A stretch of DNA of 64,000 nucleotides from an uncultured Gammaproteobacteria bacterium (GCA_964558935.1 CAZLFP010000001.1:5299-69298), one strand, 5' to 3'; shown: positions 48,247 to 57,975, numbered from the stretch's first letter. Made by a program: numbers and translations. Notes: generated from the letters alone by a model not told the origin.

Positions 48247-49098
48247 ATGAAATATCCTGAATTACCAATTTTTAAATCTCGCAGAAAAGTTAGAAAAGAC
48301 TATTTTAAAGGCAGTTACGCTAATCCGTATTTTAAAACAGACCAGCAAATCATACCCAGACAGGGTAGTTTCAATACTAGTTTGTATCTTAAAATTTTAG
48401 CGGTTGCCATTGTCATTTACGTGGTTATCTATAGCGAATTGCCAACAGTCACTACCATTGAGGTCAGCGGTCTGGATCTAATACCGGAACAAGAATTTCA
48501 ACATGTGGTTAACCAAAACTTAAAACATTGGCGCTGGTATTTATTTCCTCAAAGAAACATGATTTTTTTAAGTAAAAAAGCACTCAAGCAGGGGATAGAG
48601 GATAAATATAGTTTAGAGTATTTAACTGTCACTAAAGGTTGGAAAAGTCTGAGTATTAAGCTGAAAGAAAAAATCTCTCATGCCATTGTCTACAACCAGA
48701 ATGAATTTTACTTTGCAGACCAACAGGGTAGGGTAATGCAAGAATTGCCTCAAGAGCAAGTTTCCATCTATTGGGATAGATATCCCATTTTAAATGTTGG
48801 GCAAGGGGAAATCCAGATCGGTCAAGAAGTAGCCACTCCGGATCAGATGACTTTTATGCTGGCTCTGGACCAGGCCATTTTAAACACGAATTTAAAAAAA
48901 CACGGCTATGAGAGGGGAGAGGATGTGAATGAATTAAGACTGGTGTCCAAAGACGGTTGGCGCGCCTATTTTGACATTACTTCAGATTTAAATGTGGCGT
49001 TGGAGAATTTAATCCTGGTGCTCAACGAGAAGATTGAAGATCCCAAAAGAGTCGAATATATTGATCTTAGATTTGGCAATAAAGTTTTCTATAAATAA
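48247..49098 (+). CDS. FtsQ/DivIB-like (single TM + POTRA) cell-division protein candidate
   Basis: A single TM followed by a POTRA-like segment (LPTVTTIEVSGLDLIP...). Start taken at ATG 48247. Confidence 0.45.
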   Translation: MKYPELPIFKSRRKVRKDYFKGSYANPYFKTDQQIIPRQGSFNTSLYLKILAVAIVIYVVIYSELPTVTTIEVSGLDLIPEQEFQHVVNQNLKHWRWYLFPQRNMIFLSKKALKQGIEDKYSLEYLTVTKGWKSLSIKLKEKISHAIVYNQNEFYFADQQGRVMQELPQEQVSIYWDRYPILNVGQGEIQIGQEVATPDQMTFMLALDQAILNTNLKKHGYERGEDVNELRLVSKDGWRAYFDITSDLNVALENLILVLNEKIEDPKRVEYIDLRFGNKVFYK

Positions 49099-49105
49099 AA
49101 AAAAT

Positions 49106-49275
49106 AGCCTGTTCGACAACGGGTCGAACAGGCCGCGGAAGGAGAAAGCGACCAGCGGAAATAGTCGCATCCTAAGGGGGCAAATGGAACCTGCCCATGC
49201 ATGTCACATAGGCAGGTTATGGCGGGATACAGGCTCCGGTGAGGTTCGGAGTCCTGATGAAAAAAACGTCTGACT
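49106..49275 (-). ncRNA. candidate small RNA 6 (~170 nt, minus strand)
   Basis: Minus-strand promoter TTGACA (+49310..49305), a 17-nt spacer, then TATATT (+49287..49282). Hairpins CAGGACUCCG/CGGAGCCUG, CCUGCC/GGCAGG and GCGAC/GUCGC. Terminator CCTGTTCGAC-CCGTT-GTCGAACAGG + T8. Confidence 0.4.
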
Positions 49276-49494
49276 GCTTTCAATATAATACATTTCATAT
49301 ATCTTGTCAAGCAAGAGGGGGGAGAGGGGTATTCCACTCCCTCCAGTTTTAGTTTACCTGGGTTTAATTGAATTAAATTACTACAGATTAAGAAGTCCTT
49401 TGGTAAGCATAAATTGACATGTGGATAACTTATAGGTATAATAAATATAATAACTTCGTATAACACAGGATAAACGCGGTAAACCTATCAATAT

Positions 49495-50451
49495 ATGGAA
49501 AACTCTAAAAAAACCCTGATATCCTACATACCTGACTTTTTAGACTACTGTGAGGTCGAAAAAGGCCTGTCGCCTATCTCTACCCGTAATTACCATAACT
49601 TCCTTAAATTATTCATAGAATGGCTCAAAAATTGCCATTTAGAGGGTCTTAGACCCCATGAACTGACTCCAGACCATATTTGGGATTACAGGCTGTATTT
49701 GAGCCGAAAACAGGATGCTAAGGGTAATTATATTAAAAAGACCACCCAGTCATACTACCTCCGAGCTCTTAGAAATTTATTGAATTTTTTTACGGAAAAA
49801 GATATACCTAGCATACCCTCAGACAAGGTAAAATTACCTAAGTTAACTGAAAGAGATAAAAAGATTAAATTTCTGAAGTATGAGCAAATAAAGAAGCTGC
49901 TAGAGATGCCGGATGTGAAGAGTGAAGCCGGTTTAAGAGATCGATGTGTTTTAGAAGTTCTATTTTCGACCGGTATGCGTGTAGCTGAGTTAACTTCGCT
50001 TAACGTAAATCAGTTTAACTTAACTAACTTATCCACAGATGGTCAGGAATTAAGTATTGTGGGTAAAGGTGGTAGAAGAAGAACAGTTTATTTTTCTGCT
50101 CGTGCTTTAGACTGGTTAGCTAAGTATCTGAAGACCAGAAAAGACCTCTTCCCTCCCCTGTTTATTAACTACCGTAAAAATTCCAATCCGGATGATGATC
50201 ATAGGCTGAGTATTAGAGCTATTGAAGAAAGTGTAAAAAAATACACATCCATGGCTGGTTTGCCGGTGGATGCAACTCCTCATACTCTCAGACACTCCTA
50301 TGCTACAGATCTTTTAGAACAAGGCGCAGATTTAAGGTCTGTGCAGGAATTATTGGGTCATAAAGATATTGGAACTACTCAAGTGTATACACATTTAACC
50401 AACCAGAGGTTAAAGGATGTGTACAAGAAATACCATAGTGGAGATAAATAA
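49495..50451 (+). CDS. tyrosine-type site-specific recombinase (XerC/XerD/integrase family)
   Basis: Catalytic residues R (GMRVAEL), H..R (HTLRHSYAT) and H...Y (LGHKDIGTTQVYTH). Confidence 0.8.
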   Translation: MENSKKTLISYIPDFLDYCEVEKGLSPISTRNYHNFLKLFIEWLKNCHLEGLRPHELTPDHIWDYRLYLSRKQDAKGNYIKKTTQSYYLRALRNLLNFFTEKDIPSIPSDKVKLPKLTERDKKIKFLKYEQIKKLLEMPDVKSEAGLRDRCVLEVLFSTGMRVAELTSLNVNQFNLTNLSTDGQELSIVGKGGRRRTVYFSARALDWLAKYLKTRKDLFPPLFINYRKNSNPDDDHRLSIRAIEESVKKYTSMAGLPVDATPHTLRHSYATDLLEQGADLRSVQELLGHKDIGTTQVYTHLTNQRLKDVYKKYHSGDK

Positions 50452-50471
50452 AAACCCCGGATTAACCGGGG
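50451..50471. terminator. hairpin terminator (mainly serving the minus-strand gene)
   Basis: AAAA-CCCCGG-ATTAA-CCGGGG. Confidence 0.4.
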
Positions 50472-50505
50472 TCTACTGGTATTGCAGTAATTAAGAATCT
50501 CTTTT

Positions 50506-51588
50506 CTATTTCTTCTTTCCAGTTTTCTTTTGAGCGGTTTTGGGTGCTTTTTTTTCCTCTTTATCCTCCTCCTTATTCTTTTTCATGTCAAAGAAACAAA
50601 GAATCAAGAATAATCCCAGACAGAAAGCTAAAATTTTAATGATTAACTGCAAAAAATCTGTCCATTTGTTTTCCATTTCGGCTCTAGCACCCAAGACTTG
50701 AGGATTAATTTCATCTTGCTCTTCTTCTATTACCTCATCTGCTTGGTTGTCTTCGGTTGGTTCAGTATCATCTTCCGACTGTGGATTAAAGGCGTTAGTA
50801 TCTTCATCTGACTCCCCTGTTCCGTTATCGTTGTCTTCTTGGTTATTATTTAAAACCATTTCAACCTCCTCATCCGCCCATTTATACGGATCTAAGGGGT
50901 ATTTATCCTCATAGTCGCTATACCCATCTCCATCCGTATCATATTTGTACTTATCTGTACCAATTTCGTCTTCATCCCAATTATACAGTCTATCGTTATC
51001 TATATCTGAATCTTGGTGATCTGAAATGCCGTCTCCATCCGTATCCGGACCGTCAAAAACAGAGGCATCATCCGGATCCGGATCTACTCCGTCTAACTCA
51101 CCATCACCATCTGTGTCTGGATTTTCCGGATCAGTCCCCTCTTCTTCTTCCTGTTGATCTGGCAGTCCATCTTGATCTGTATCTACATCCACGTAAATAA
51201 TGTCTGTCATTTGTGACATAATGGCACCATCCAGAGATTCAGTGTGTCCATCCGGATAAATCATCGCTGCATTATTAATCACAGCTCTGAACTGATGATT
51301 ACCCTGTACCGCATGCCAGTTGGTGGTTACCACTCGGCTGGTACCTCCTCCGGCCAATTCAAAATGAATGGTTTGTGAGATAACAGTACCATTATCTGTA
51401 AACACAATATCTCCGACAATGGCATTGTCACTGTCATTGACGATAACAGAGTAAATGGTTAGGTTATCACCAGCCAAGGGTGTATCATTGGAAATCCAGA
51501 TGTTGCTGGAGACAAAACCTAAATTAGCGGCTAAAATTGGAACAGCTATGAACAATCCCAAAACTACAGCCAAAAAATATTTTTTCAT
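50506..51588 (-). CDS. secreted/membrane-anchored protein with thrombospondin type-3-like Ca-binding repeats
   Basis: Signal peptide, a beta-rich domain, D.D.DGD..D repeats (DTDGDGISDHQDSDIDND, DTDGDGYSDYED), an acidic region, a C-terminal TM and a Lys-rich tail. Confidence 0.65.
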   Translation of the reverse strand: MKKYFLAVVLGLFIAVPILAANLGFVSSNIWISNDTPLAGDNLTIYSVIVNDSDNAIVGDIVFTDNGTVISQTIHFELAGGGTSRVVTTNWHAVQGNHQFRAVINNAAMIYPDGHTESLDGAIMSQMTDIIYVDVDTDQDGLPDQQEEEEGTDPENPDTDGDGELDGVDPDPDDASVFDGPDTDGDGISDHQDSDIDNDRLYNWDEDEIGTDKYKYDTDGDGYSDYEDKYPLDPYKWADEEVEMVLNNNQEDNDNGTGESDEDTNAFNPQSEDDTEPTEDNQADEVIEEEQDEINPQVLGARAEMENKWTDFLQLIIKILAFCLGLFLILCFFDMKKNKEEDKEEKKAPKTAQKKTGKKK

Positions 51589-51617
51589 ATTTCTTGTATA
51601 TTAAATTATCTATTAAA

Positions 51618-51746
51618 ACTATTGACCGCAATTACACTTACAACCCGGATCGCATTCACAGCAAGCTTGGCAGAGAGCGGGATTGCATTGGCACTTGTTA
51701 TGATCGGTTAGGGGTGCTCCACATTTGGTGCATTTTTCATGTTCCA
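51618..51746 (-). CDS. metallothionein-like Cys-rich peptide (42 aa, 13 Cys)
   Basis: MEHEKCTKCGAPLTDHNKCQCNPALCQACCECDPGCKCNCGQ. Sits between the M23 peptidase and the TSP3 protein genes. No SD. Confidence 0.4.
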
Positions 51747-51763
51747 TATGGATATTTTATTAA

Positions 51764-53092
51764 TTATGGGATATAGCTTAAAGGATTGACAGGAATACCA
51801 TTTAGTCTGACTTCAAAATGAAGATGAGGACCGCTGGAAAAGCCGGAATTACCTGTATACCCAATAACCTGGCCTCTGGCAACGTATTGATCGGCTTGGA
51901 CTGAAGCACTGTTTAAATGGGCATATAGGGTGGAAAAGCTGTTGTTGTGGATAATCATGATGTAATTACCGTACCATTTGGTACCATAACTCACTTTAGC
52001 TACGTAACCCGTTTCCACCGCTTTAACAGGTGTACCCATGGGCGTGGCATAATCTACACCTGAATGCTCAAAAAGATGTCGATACGGATATTCTGGATCA
52101 TGAAAATAGGCTGTAATGGGATAGGAACCGACGGGGTGGATAAAAGCCACATCTCCAAAGGAATTGAATTTTTCATTGTCTCCCCTCTTCTCCAATTCAG
52201 CTCTTAATTGTCTTTCCAAATTAGCTACTTGAGCATTGACAGCTACCTGTTCTTGTTTAATATCGTCGATTAAAGACTGAAATTTCTTTTCTGATTGTTG
52301 AGTCTGGGCAATTAAGTAGTTTTTAGTTTCTTTTCTGTCTCCCAAAGCATATTTTTCCTGCTCCAATTTTTTTAATAAATCTGCCAGTCTGTCTCTTTTA
52401 TCATTTAAATTTTCTTTGTCTTTGGTTAAGGCTAAGACATTTTCTTGAACTCGGTTTAAAGTTTTCTGCAAATTAGCTTCAATTTGCTCCAAATATTTGA
52501 TTTGATCAAAAAAATCAGAAAAAGATTCATTACTTAGCAGTACAGATAAATATTTTTTTTCATCGTACCTGTCTAACTGTCGGATAAAAGCTGCTAGCTT
52601 TTCCTTGTCTTTGGCAATAATGGCTTCTTTTTCTTCAATTTGCAAATTAACCTGTTCGATCTCCAGTTCTGTAATTTTAATTTCTTCCTGATTAGCTTGG
52701 ATATCTAAATTGGTCTTGGCAATTTGGTTTTCAATAATGTAAATTTGGTTTTGCAAGCTAGCGGCTTGGTTTCTGGCCGCTTTAATGTCATCCTTGTAAG
52801 TATCTATTTTATCTGCCAAAGCATCGATTTTCTCTCGTTGTTCATCGATTAATTCATTTAACTCAGCAATTAATTGTTCATTGGCTTTGATTTCTGGTTC
52901 TGGTTCTGTTGTGACTGTTTCTTCACTCTCTACTTCTTCCTCCTCAGTCACTTCAACTTCAGTTTCTGTTTCCTCTGCTTCTTGAGCTAAAATAAAACCT
53001 AAATTAAAACAAAAAACACTCGAAAACACTAACGCCATTAAAAGCGCCGTTAAGAGGAAACGACTGTTAGTTTTTTGCCACCGTCTTAACAT
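51764..53092 (-). CDS. M23 family metallopeptidase with N-terminal coiled-coil (EnvC/LytM-like)
   Basis: HSGVDYA..G and GPHLHFEV motifs, plus a long heptad-repeat region. Confidence 0.8.
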   Translation of the reverse strand: MLRRWQKTNSRFLLTALLMALVFSSVFCFNLGFILAQEAEETETEVEVTEEEEVESEETVTTEPEPEIKANEQLIAELNELIDEQREKIDALADKIDTYKDDIKAARNQAASLQNQIYIIENQIAKTNLDIQANQEEIKITELEIEQVNLQIEEKEAIIAKDKEKLAAFIRQLDRYDEKKYLSVLLSNESFSDFFDQIKYLEQIEANLQKTLNRVQENVLALTKDKENLNDKRDRLADLLKKLEQEKYALGDRKETKNYLIAQTQQSEKKFQSLIDDIKQEQVAVNAQVANLERQLRAELEKRGDNEKFNSFGDVAFIHPVGSYPITAYFHDPEYPYRHLFEHSGVDYATPMGTPVKAVETGYVAKVSYGTKWYGNYIMIIHNNSFSTLYAHLNSASVQADQYVARGQVIGYTGNSGFSSGPHLHFEVRLNGIPVNPLSYIP

Positions 53093-53139
53093 GTTTGATA
53101 ATTATTGTGTATGAATATTATACCATAATTAAAACCACT

Positions 53140-53168
53140 TTGACAGTTTTTTGGTCTGTGAGTATAAT
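53140..53168 (+). promoter_or_regulatory. consensus sigma70 promoter
   Basis: TTGACA, a 17-nt spacer, then TATAAT at 53163-53168. Confidence 0.5.
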
Positions 53169-53206
53169 TACTCTTACCCGGTGATCTCAACATCCTAGGA
53201 GGGATA

Positions 53207-53413
53207 ATGTACAAGTTTACTGGCAAAAACTGTTATCTGTCGTGTGATAGCTCCTTGTGCTCAGCTAGGTCGCCTAGCGGCAAGAGCCCACATGACGCTC
53301 TGACAATGGCTGTCCGGCGTGGTTGGAAGATTGACCAAGGGAGGGATCATGCAATTTGTCCCGGGTGCCTTAAGCGCCTGGAAGAGGTGGAGCAGCCGCT
53401 TCAGCTGGTCTAG
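53207..53413 (+). CDS. small Cys-rich zinc-ribbon protein (68 aa), GC-elevated
   Basis: SD AGGAGGG precedes the ATG. Cys pattern C...C....C ... CPGC. Shares H.(F/I)CP.CL with the ORF at 35635. Confidence 0.45.
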   Translation: MYKFTGKNCYLSCDSSLCSARSPSGKSPHDALTMAVRRGWKIDQGRDHAICPGCLKRLEEVEQPLQLV

Positions 53414-53474
53414 TCAGTCGATTAGGTCAAGATCATCGGTAAGTGTGTCAAGTATGTAGTCTGGCACACTTTTT

Positions 53475-54974
53475 TTATTCAAGCAGATCCACTGCTTGAG
53501 CCAGTCTGCTTAAGGTTTTAACTTGGCCCAGGATGGCAGCTACCTCAAAAGGCGTAGCTGATTTTTGTTGGCCGGTTAAGGCTACCCGCATGGGCCAAAG
53601 CACTTCCCCATTAGACAGCTTATGATCTGAGATGTATTGAATGATTTTAGCTTCCAGTTTATCTGCTAGCCAGTCTGCTTCAGCATAACTTTTAAGTTCA
53701 GCAATTAAATTCAGCAGGTTGTCTTTGGTTGTTTTGACATCCGATTTTTTCCACACAAGCAGTTTGGGATCATATTCAAGACGGTCGGTCAGCAGATAAC
53801 TGACTTCCAGTCCAATTTGGTTTAATGTAACAATTCTGGTTTGTTCTAAGGCTAAAAATTGGTCTAAAGGCAAATTAGGTGGTAAGGTGGGAAAATTTTG
53901 CTGTAAAAAAGGCATAACTGCTGTTTTAAACTGAGCAAAACTCATTTTGCGAATATATTCACCATTCATCCAATCTAGCTTGTCTCGGTCGAAAATTGCA
54001 CCGGCTTTATGGATACGACTGAAGTCAAATTGCTGAATCATTTCGTCCAAAGACATAATCTCTTGGTCGGTACCTGGATTCCAACCCAATAAAGCGACAA
54101 AATTCAGTAATGCTGCCGGTAAATAGCCCTGTTTTTGGTAATCGCCCACAGCCACATCACCTTGTCTTTTGGAGAGTTTTGAACGGTCTGTGTTTAATGT
54201 CAGTGAAATGTGCAAGTACTGTGGCACTTCCCAGCCAAAATACATGTACAACAGAATATGTTTAGGTGTGGATGATAACCATTCTTCTCCCCGAATAACA
54301 TGAGTTATATTCATTAAATGGTCATCTACCACCACTGCCAGGTGGTAAGTGGGATAACCATCTGATTTCAACAAGACTTGGTCATCTATATCATTGGTAC
54401 TTATCTTGACCTGGCCACGCACCCAATCCTCAAATTCCAAAGTTTGGTCAGCTGGTACTTTTAGGCGAATGACATATGGATCTCCGTTTTTAAGTCTTTC
54501 TTTAACCTCAATTGGTGTCAAATTACGGCAATGCCAATCATATCTGGTTGGTTGTTTAGCTGCCTGTTGAGTTTTTCTTAAATTATCTAATCTTTGTTCA
54601 GAACAGAAGCAGTAATACGCTTGTCCCTGGTCAACCAGTTTTTTTGCGTATGTGTGGTAAATATCCAATCTTTTAGATTGTACATAAGGTCCCAATTTGC
54701 CTTTTTCCACCACTTCGCCTTGGTTGTTCAGCATTACACCTTCATCTGGTATGATTTGCGTCCAATACAAGGCATCTAAGATAGTTTTAACGGCCCCATC
54801 AACTTTTCTGCTTTGGTCTGTGTCTTCTATTCTAACTAAAAACTGACCTCCAGCTTGTTTGGCCATGAGATAAGCGTACAGAGCTGTACGCAGACCCCCG
54901 ACATGCAAGTAACCAGTGGGACTGGGTGCAAATCTGGTTCGAATGGTTTGGGTATTGGATTTGAAGAGTGACAT
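53475..54974 (-). CDS. gltX: glutamate--tRNA ligase
   Basis: HIGH-type motif PSPTGYLHVGG and KMSKS-type motif KLSKRQG. Confidence 0.9.
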   Translation of the reverse strand: MSLFKSNTQTIRTRFAPSPTGYLHVGGLRTALYAYLMAKQAGGQFLVRIEDTDQSRKVDGAVKTILDALYWTQIIPDEGVMLNNQGEVVEKGKLGPYVQSKRLDIYHTYAKKLVDQGQAYYCFCSEQRLDNLRKTQQAAKQPTRYDWHCRNLTPIEVKERLKNGDPYVIRLKVPADQTLEFEDWVRGQVKISTNDIDDQVLLKSDGYPTYHLAVVVDDHLMNITHVIRGEEWLSSTPKHILLYMYFGWEVPQYLHISLTLNTDRSKLSKRQGDVAVGDYQKQGYLPAALLNFVALLGWNPGTDQEIMSLDEMIQQFDFSRIHKAGAIFDRDKLDWMNGEYIRKMSFAQFKTAVMPFLQQNFPTLPPNLPLDQFLALEQTRIVTLNQIGLEVSYLLTDRLEYDPKLLVWKKSDVKTTKDNLLNLIAELKSYAEADWLADKLEAKIIQYISDHKLSNGEVLWPMRVALTGQQKSATPFEVAAILGQVKTLSRLAQAVDLLE

Positions 54975-55053
54975 ATGCTGTTAATATACCTAAAAATGAC
55001 CAATTTAGCAAGTAAAAAACCGTAATCTAGAGCGTTAGATTACGGTTGCTGGC

Positions 55054-55365
55054 TTAGCAGATGACTCGCATGCCTTCGGGTTTGGAAAAATCTACTCGGT
55101 GAAGCTGGTTCCAGACTACCACGTGCTGTACAATCCCAAGTACAAAAGTGATGGTGATGACTTTTGACTCAGCTGACAGTGATTGAGCCTTAATTTTAGC
55201 TTTGACATTCGAAAAATGCCTGTGCAGCATAACGATTTCACCCGTCGGTTCGAGCTGTTGGCCCATATCTGTTGAGTCAGTCTTGTTTGGAAGAAAGAAG
55301 TTTCTGTCTTCCAGGTAGGTAATGGCCTCTTGGGTCGTAAACGGTTGCACCAGGTTTTTGTCCAT
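55054..55365 (-). CDS. hypothetical protein (103 aa)
   Basis: Strong SD AAGGAGGGAAG precedes the ATG. A bidirectional terminator lies upstream. Confidence 0.4.
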   Translation of the reverse strand: MDKNLVQPFTTQEAITYLEDRNFFLPNKTDSTDMGQQLEPTGEIVMLHRHFSNVKAKIKAQSLSAESKVITITFVLGIVQHVVVWNQLHRVDFSKPEGMRVIC

Positions 55366-55637
55366 CTCTTCCCTCCTTGTTGGTTAATGGAGACTGATAT
55401 ATAATGTAACATATATGTTTGGATTTGTCAATATAAAAGCGGATTTAGAACTTCTAAATCCGCTTTAAGCGTTAGTTAGCTTGTGACGTCTCAGTCGCTT
55501 GATCTAGCCTTCTGGCCAGTATGACTTGACGCCAGGGACAGCTATTTTTGGTTTGCTCATGGTAACGAATTAGGCAGGTGGGCTTAAAGCCACACTCTAA
55601 TTCCGTAGCTTCACAGTCGGCTTGTTTCAGTACCATC

Positions 55638-57176
55638 TCAGACTGCCAATTGGTTGCAGATCAGGCAAATAGTATTCGGCTCTCTGCCAAGAGCATCGGC
55701 AATGTCGTCATTGGTGTTAAACACCAGACTGTCAACACCCAGTTTTTGAGCCATGATCTGAGTTGGAATTTCCCGACCTTGCTCATCTACGGCCGCCAAA
55801 GACTCATCCGGCTTGGTAGACTTGCTGTATGGACAGTAGGACATGAGTTTGGGATTGGAGACTCGGATGTGGATTTCCAGCTTGATTAAGTAATCTGGCT
55901 GGTACTTTTTCTTAACCTTGAGCAGTAAGGAACGAATCTTGGGCACCAAGTTGTTCATCATCTGAGTGCCTCGGACAATGGAATCATCCACGAGCACCAA
56001 ACGAATGGTAATAACCGATGAATCTGGCTCTTCCTGACGCTTGAGATCCAGTAAATTCTGAATGATTTCAGTCGGATCATCTTCAGCCACTCTGAGCTTA
56101 GTGTCAGCCTCTTGATTGCGGATTTGTTGCTGTCCACCAGTAAAGCTGCGCTTGGCTCCCGTGTATTTGATCAGCAATTCATCCAGTAAGGGACAGCGTT
56201 TGACGCGTCCTTGACTGACAGCTTCAATCCAGGCTTGAATGTAGCCAATGGCATGGTAGCGACCCGAATCCGGTACCGGCAGAACAATATCCGGTGTAAA
56301 GCCGGCTGCAATGTCTTTTTCCGCCAATTTGGCGCCCATTCTTTTGCGGAAGGTGGTTACCGGAACGCCGAATACCACCGAACCCGGATCGGCAGTGTAG
56401 ATTAATTCAAAACCGCAGACCTTGCCCGGTCCGGAAATTTGCTTGGCAGTTTTGGCTAAACCATCTTGCAGGCGAATGATTTCACCTGGCAAAATATCTC
56501 TGTACAGTTCAAAGTCCGTGTTGGCAAAGGAGCAGGATTCTGAAGAAGCTGCAAAGGCATGGTCGTTTTTACAAATACCCAGTACAGCCGGTTTCTGACC
56601 GCTGGGTGAATTAGCCAACCATACACTGTCTGATGTTAAAATGGCGCAAAAATAGGCACCTTCAACTTTGTCAGCCAGTCTTTCCAAACCTTGCTGAAAA
56701 TTCTTTTCCAAAGCAATGATTTTAGCCAAAATCGAGATGTCATCATCTCTGTCCAAGGAATGGCCCTGACTGACCAGTTCGGCAATTAAGTCTTCTCTGT
56801 TGAGCACATTGCCGTCAAAACAAATCGCAAATGAACCCAGTTGGGTTCTGGCTTTGTACATGGGTTGACGGGTGCTGTCGCTAATGTGTCCAATGCCATG
56901 CGTGCCGCTAAGTCGATCCAATTTGCCGGCAAAAGCATCTCTGAAGTTGCCTTTATGGGTATGGATGTCTAGACCCAATTCCGGTCTCAATAGATTGGCT
57001 AAAGCCAAGCCGCAGTAATGAGGACCTCGATGGGTCAAATAGTAGGTTTGCAGACTCAGTTGCCAGGGCAGGCGTCTGGCAGTCACTTCTTTGCCGTAGC
57101 GATCTACGGCCAGGACTACCTTCTTCTTCCAAGGGTAATTGTCTGGATCTACACAGATGGCAGTTACACCACTCAT
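55638..57176 (-). CDS. amidophosphoribosyltransferase-like protein (class II glutamine amidotransferase + PRTase) with Ser replacing the N-terminal nucleophile Cys
   Basis: N-terminus MSGVTAICV compared with the PurF MCG(I/V)xGI. PRTase motif VLVDDSIVRGT. The C-terminal Cys residues resemble the Fe-S type. SD AGGAGGG precedes the ATG. Confidence 0.6.
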   Translation of the reverse strand: MSGVTAICVDPDNYPWKKKVVLAVDRYGKEVTARRLPWQLSLQTYYLTHRGPHYCGLALANLLRPELGLDIHTHKGNFRDAFAGKLDRLSGTHGIGHISDSTRQPMYKARTQLGSFAICFDGNVLNREDLIAELVSQGHSLDRDDDISILAKIIALEKNFQQGLERLADKVEGAYFCAILTSDSVWLANSPSGQKPAVLGICKNDHAFAASSESCSFANTDFELYRDILPGEIIRLQDGLAKTAKQISGPGKVCGFELIYTADPGSVVFGVPVTTFRKRMGAKLAEKDIAAGFTPDIVLPVPDSGRYHAIGYIQAWIEAVSQGRVKRCPLLDELLIKYTGAKRSFTGGQQQIRNQEADTKLRVAEDDPTEIIQNLLDLKRQEEPDSSVITIRLVLVDDSIVRGTQMMNNLVPKIRSLLLKVKKKYQPDYLIKLEIHIRVSNPKLMSYCPYSKSTKPDESLAAVDEQGREIPTQIMAQKLGVDSLVFNTNDDIADALGREPNTICLICNQLAV

Positions 57177-57264
57177 TATTCCCTCCTGAGTTGTTGTTAA
57201 AAAACTGGAAGGCCACTAGCCTTCCTGATTTTGAGTGTAATTTAAATAAAAACTATTGTCAAAA

Positions 57265-57975
57265 TTATTTTTTTTGCAAGCGATCTTTGAAGGCCAAGTA
57301 AGGAAAAACAATAACGGCGTTAAAAATCCTTCGGTATCTATGAGGCTGAATAATTAGTTTGTACAGCCATTCCAAACCCAATTGACGCAACCAGCTAGGA
57401 GCTTGCTTGACTTTGCCAGACAGATAATTAAAAGTACTGCCGACGCCAATCGCTACTTTAATGTTGGGCATTTGATCCAAATTTTTGTAAATCCAAATTT
57501 CTTCCTTGATTTGACCCAAAGCCACAATGAGGATATTGGCTTGGCTGTCAATAATATCTTGAATAACTGACTGGTTTTTTTCCAACAACCAGGTTTGAGT
57601 ATTCAATTTGCCGCCGCAACTGGCCCCAACCACCGTCTTGGGATATTTTTTAGCCACCAAGCCAGCCACACCCGGTTCTCCGCCGAGCAAATAGGCTTTG
57701 ACATGCATATTACTGAGTAATTCTTTAGTCAAATCAACCCCGGTTACCCGAGAAAGCTTGCCCATTGAAGCAAGTTTCAAGCCAAAGCCATCGCAAGTGG
57801 CGATGTCGGCCTGGTTTAAAACCTGCCGGAATAAGGGATTGGCCTGAGCCGCCACCAAGAATTCCGGATTGACAGTTACGATGTAGTATTGATTAGCCGT
57901 TTTCAACCAAGCCATGATTTGAGTCATTACTTGGTCTAAGGTAATTCTTGAGATATTTACTCCGAGGATTGTCAT
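57265..57975 (-). CDS. WecB/TagA/CpsF family glycosyltransferase
   Basis: N-terminal MTILGVNISRITLDQV... is typical of the TagA/WecG family. Confidence 0.7.
   Translation of the reverse strand: MTILGVNISRITLDQVMTQIMAWLKTANQYYIVTVNPEFLVAAQANPLFRQVLNQADIATCDGFGLKLASMGKLSRVTGVDLTKELLSNMHVKAYLLGGEPGVAGLVAKKYPKTVVGASCGGKLNTQTWLLEKNQSVIQDIIDSQANILIVALGQIKEEIWIYKNLDQMPNIKVAIGVGSTFNYLSGKVKQAPSWLRQLGLEWLYKLIIQPHRYRRIFNAVIVFPYLAFKDRLQKK

Noticed and set aside
49230-49260. tRNA T-arm-like GGTTCGGAGTCC
   Set aside because: The loop lacks the conserved A58 (TTCGGAG), and no 7-bp acceptor stem or D-arm can be drawn.
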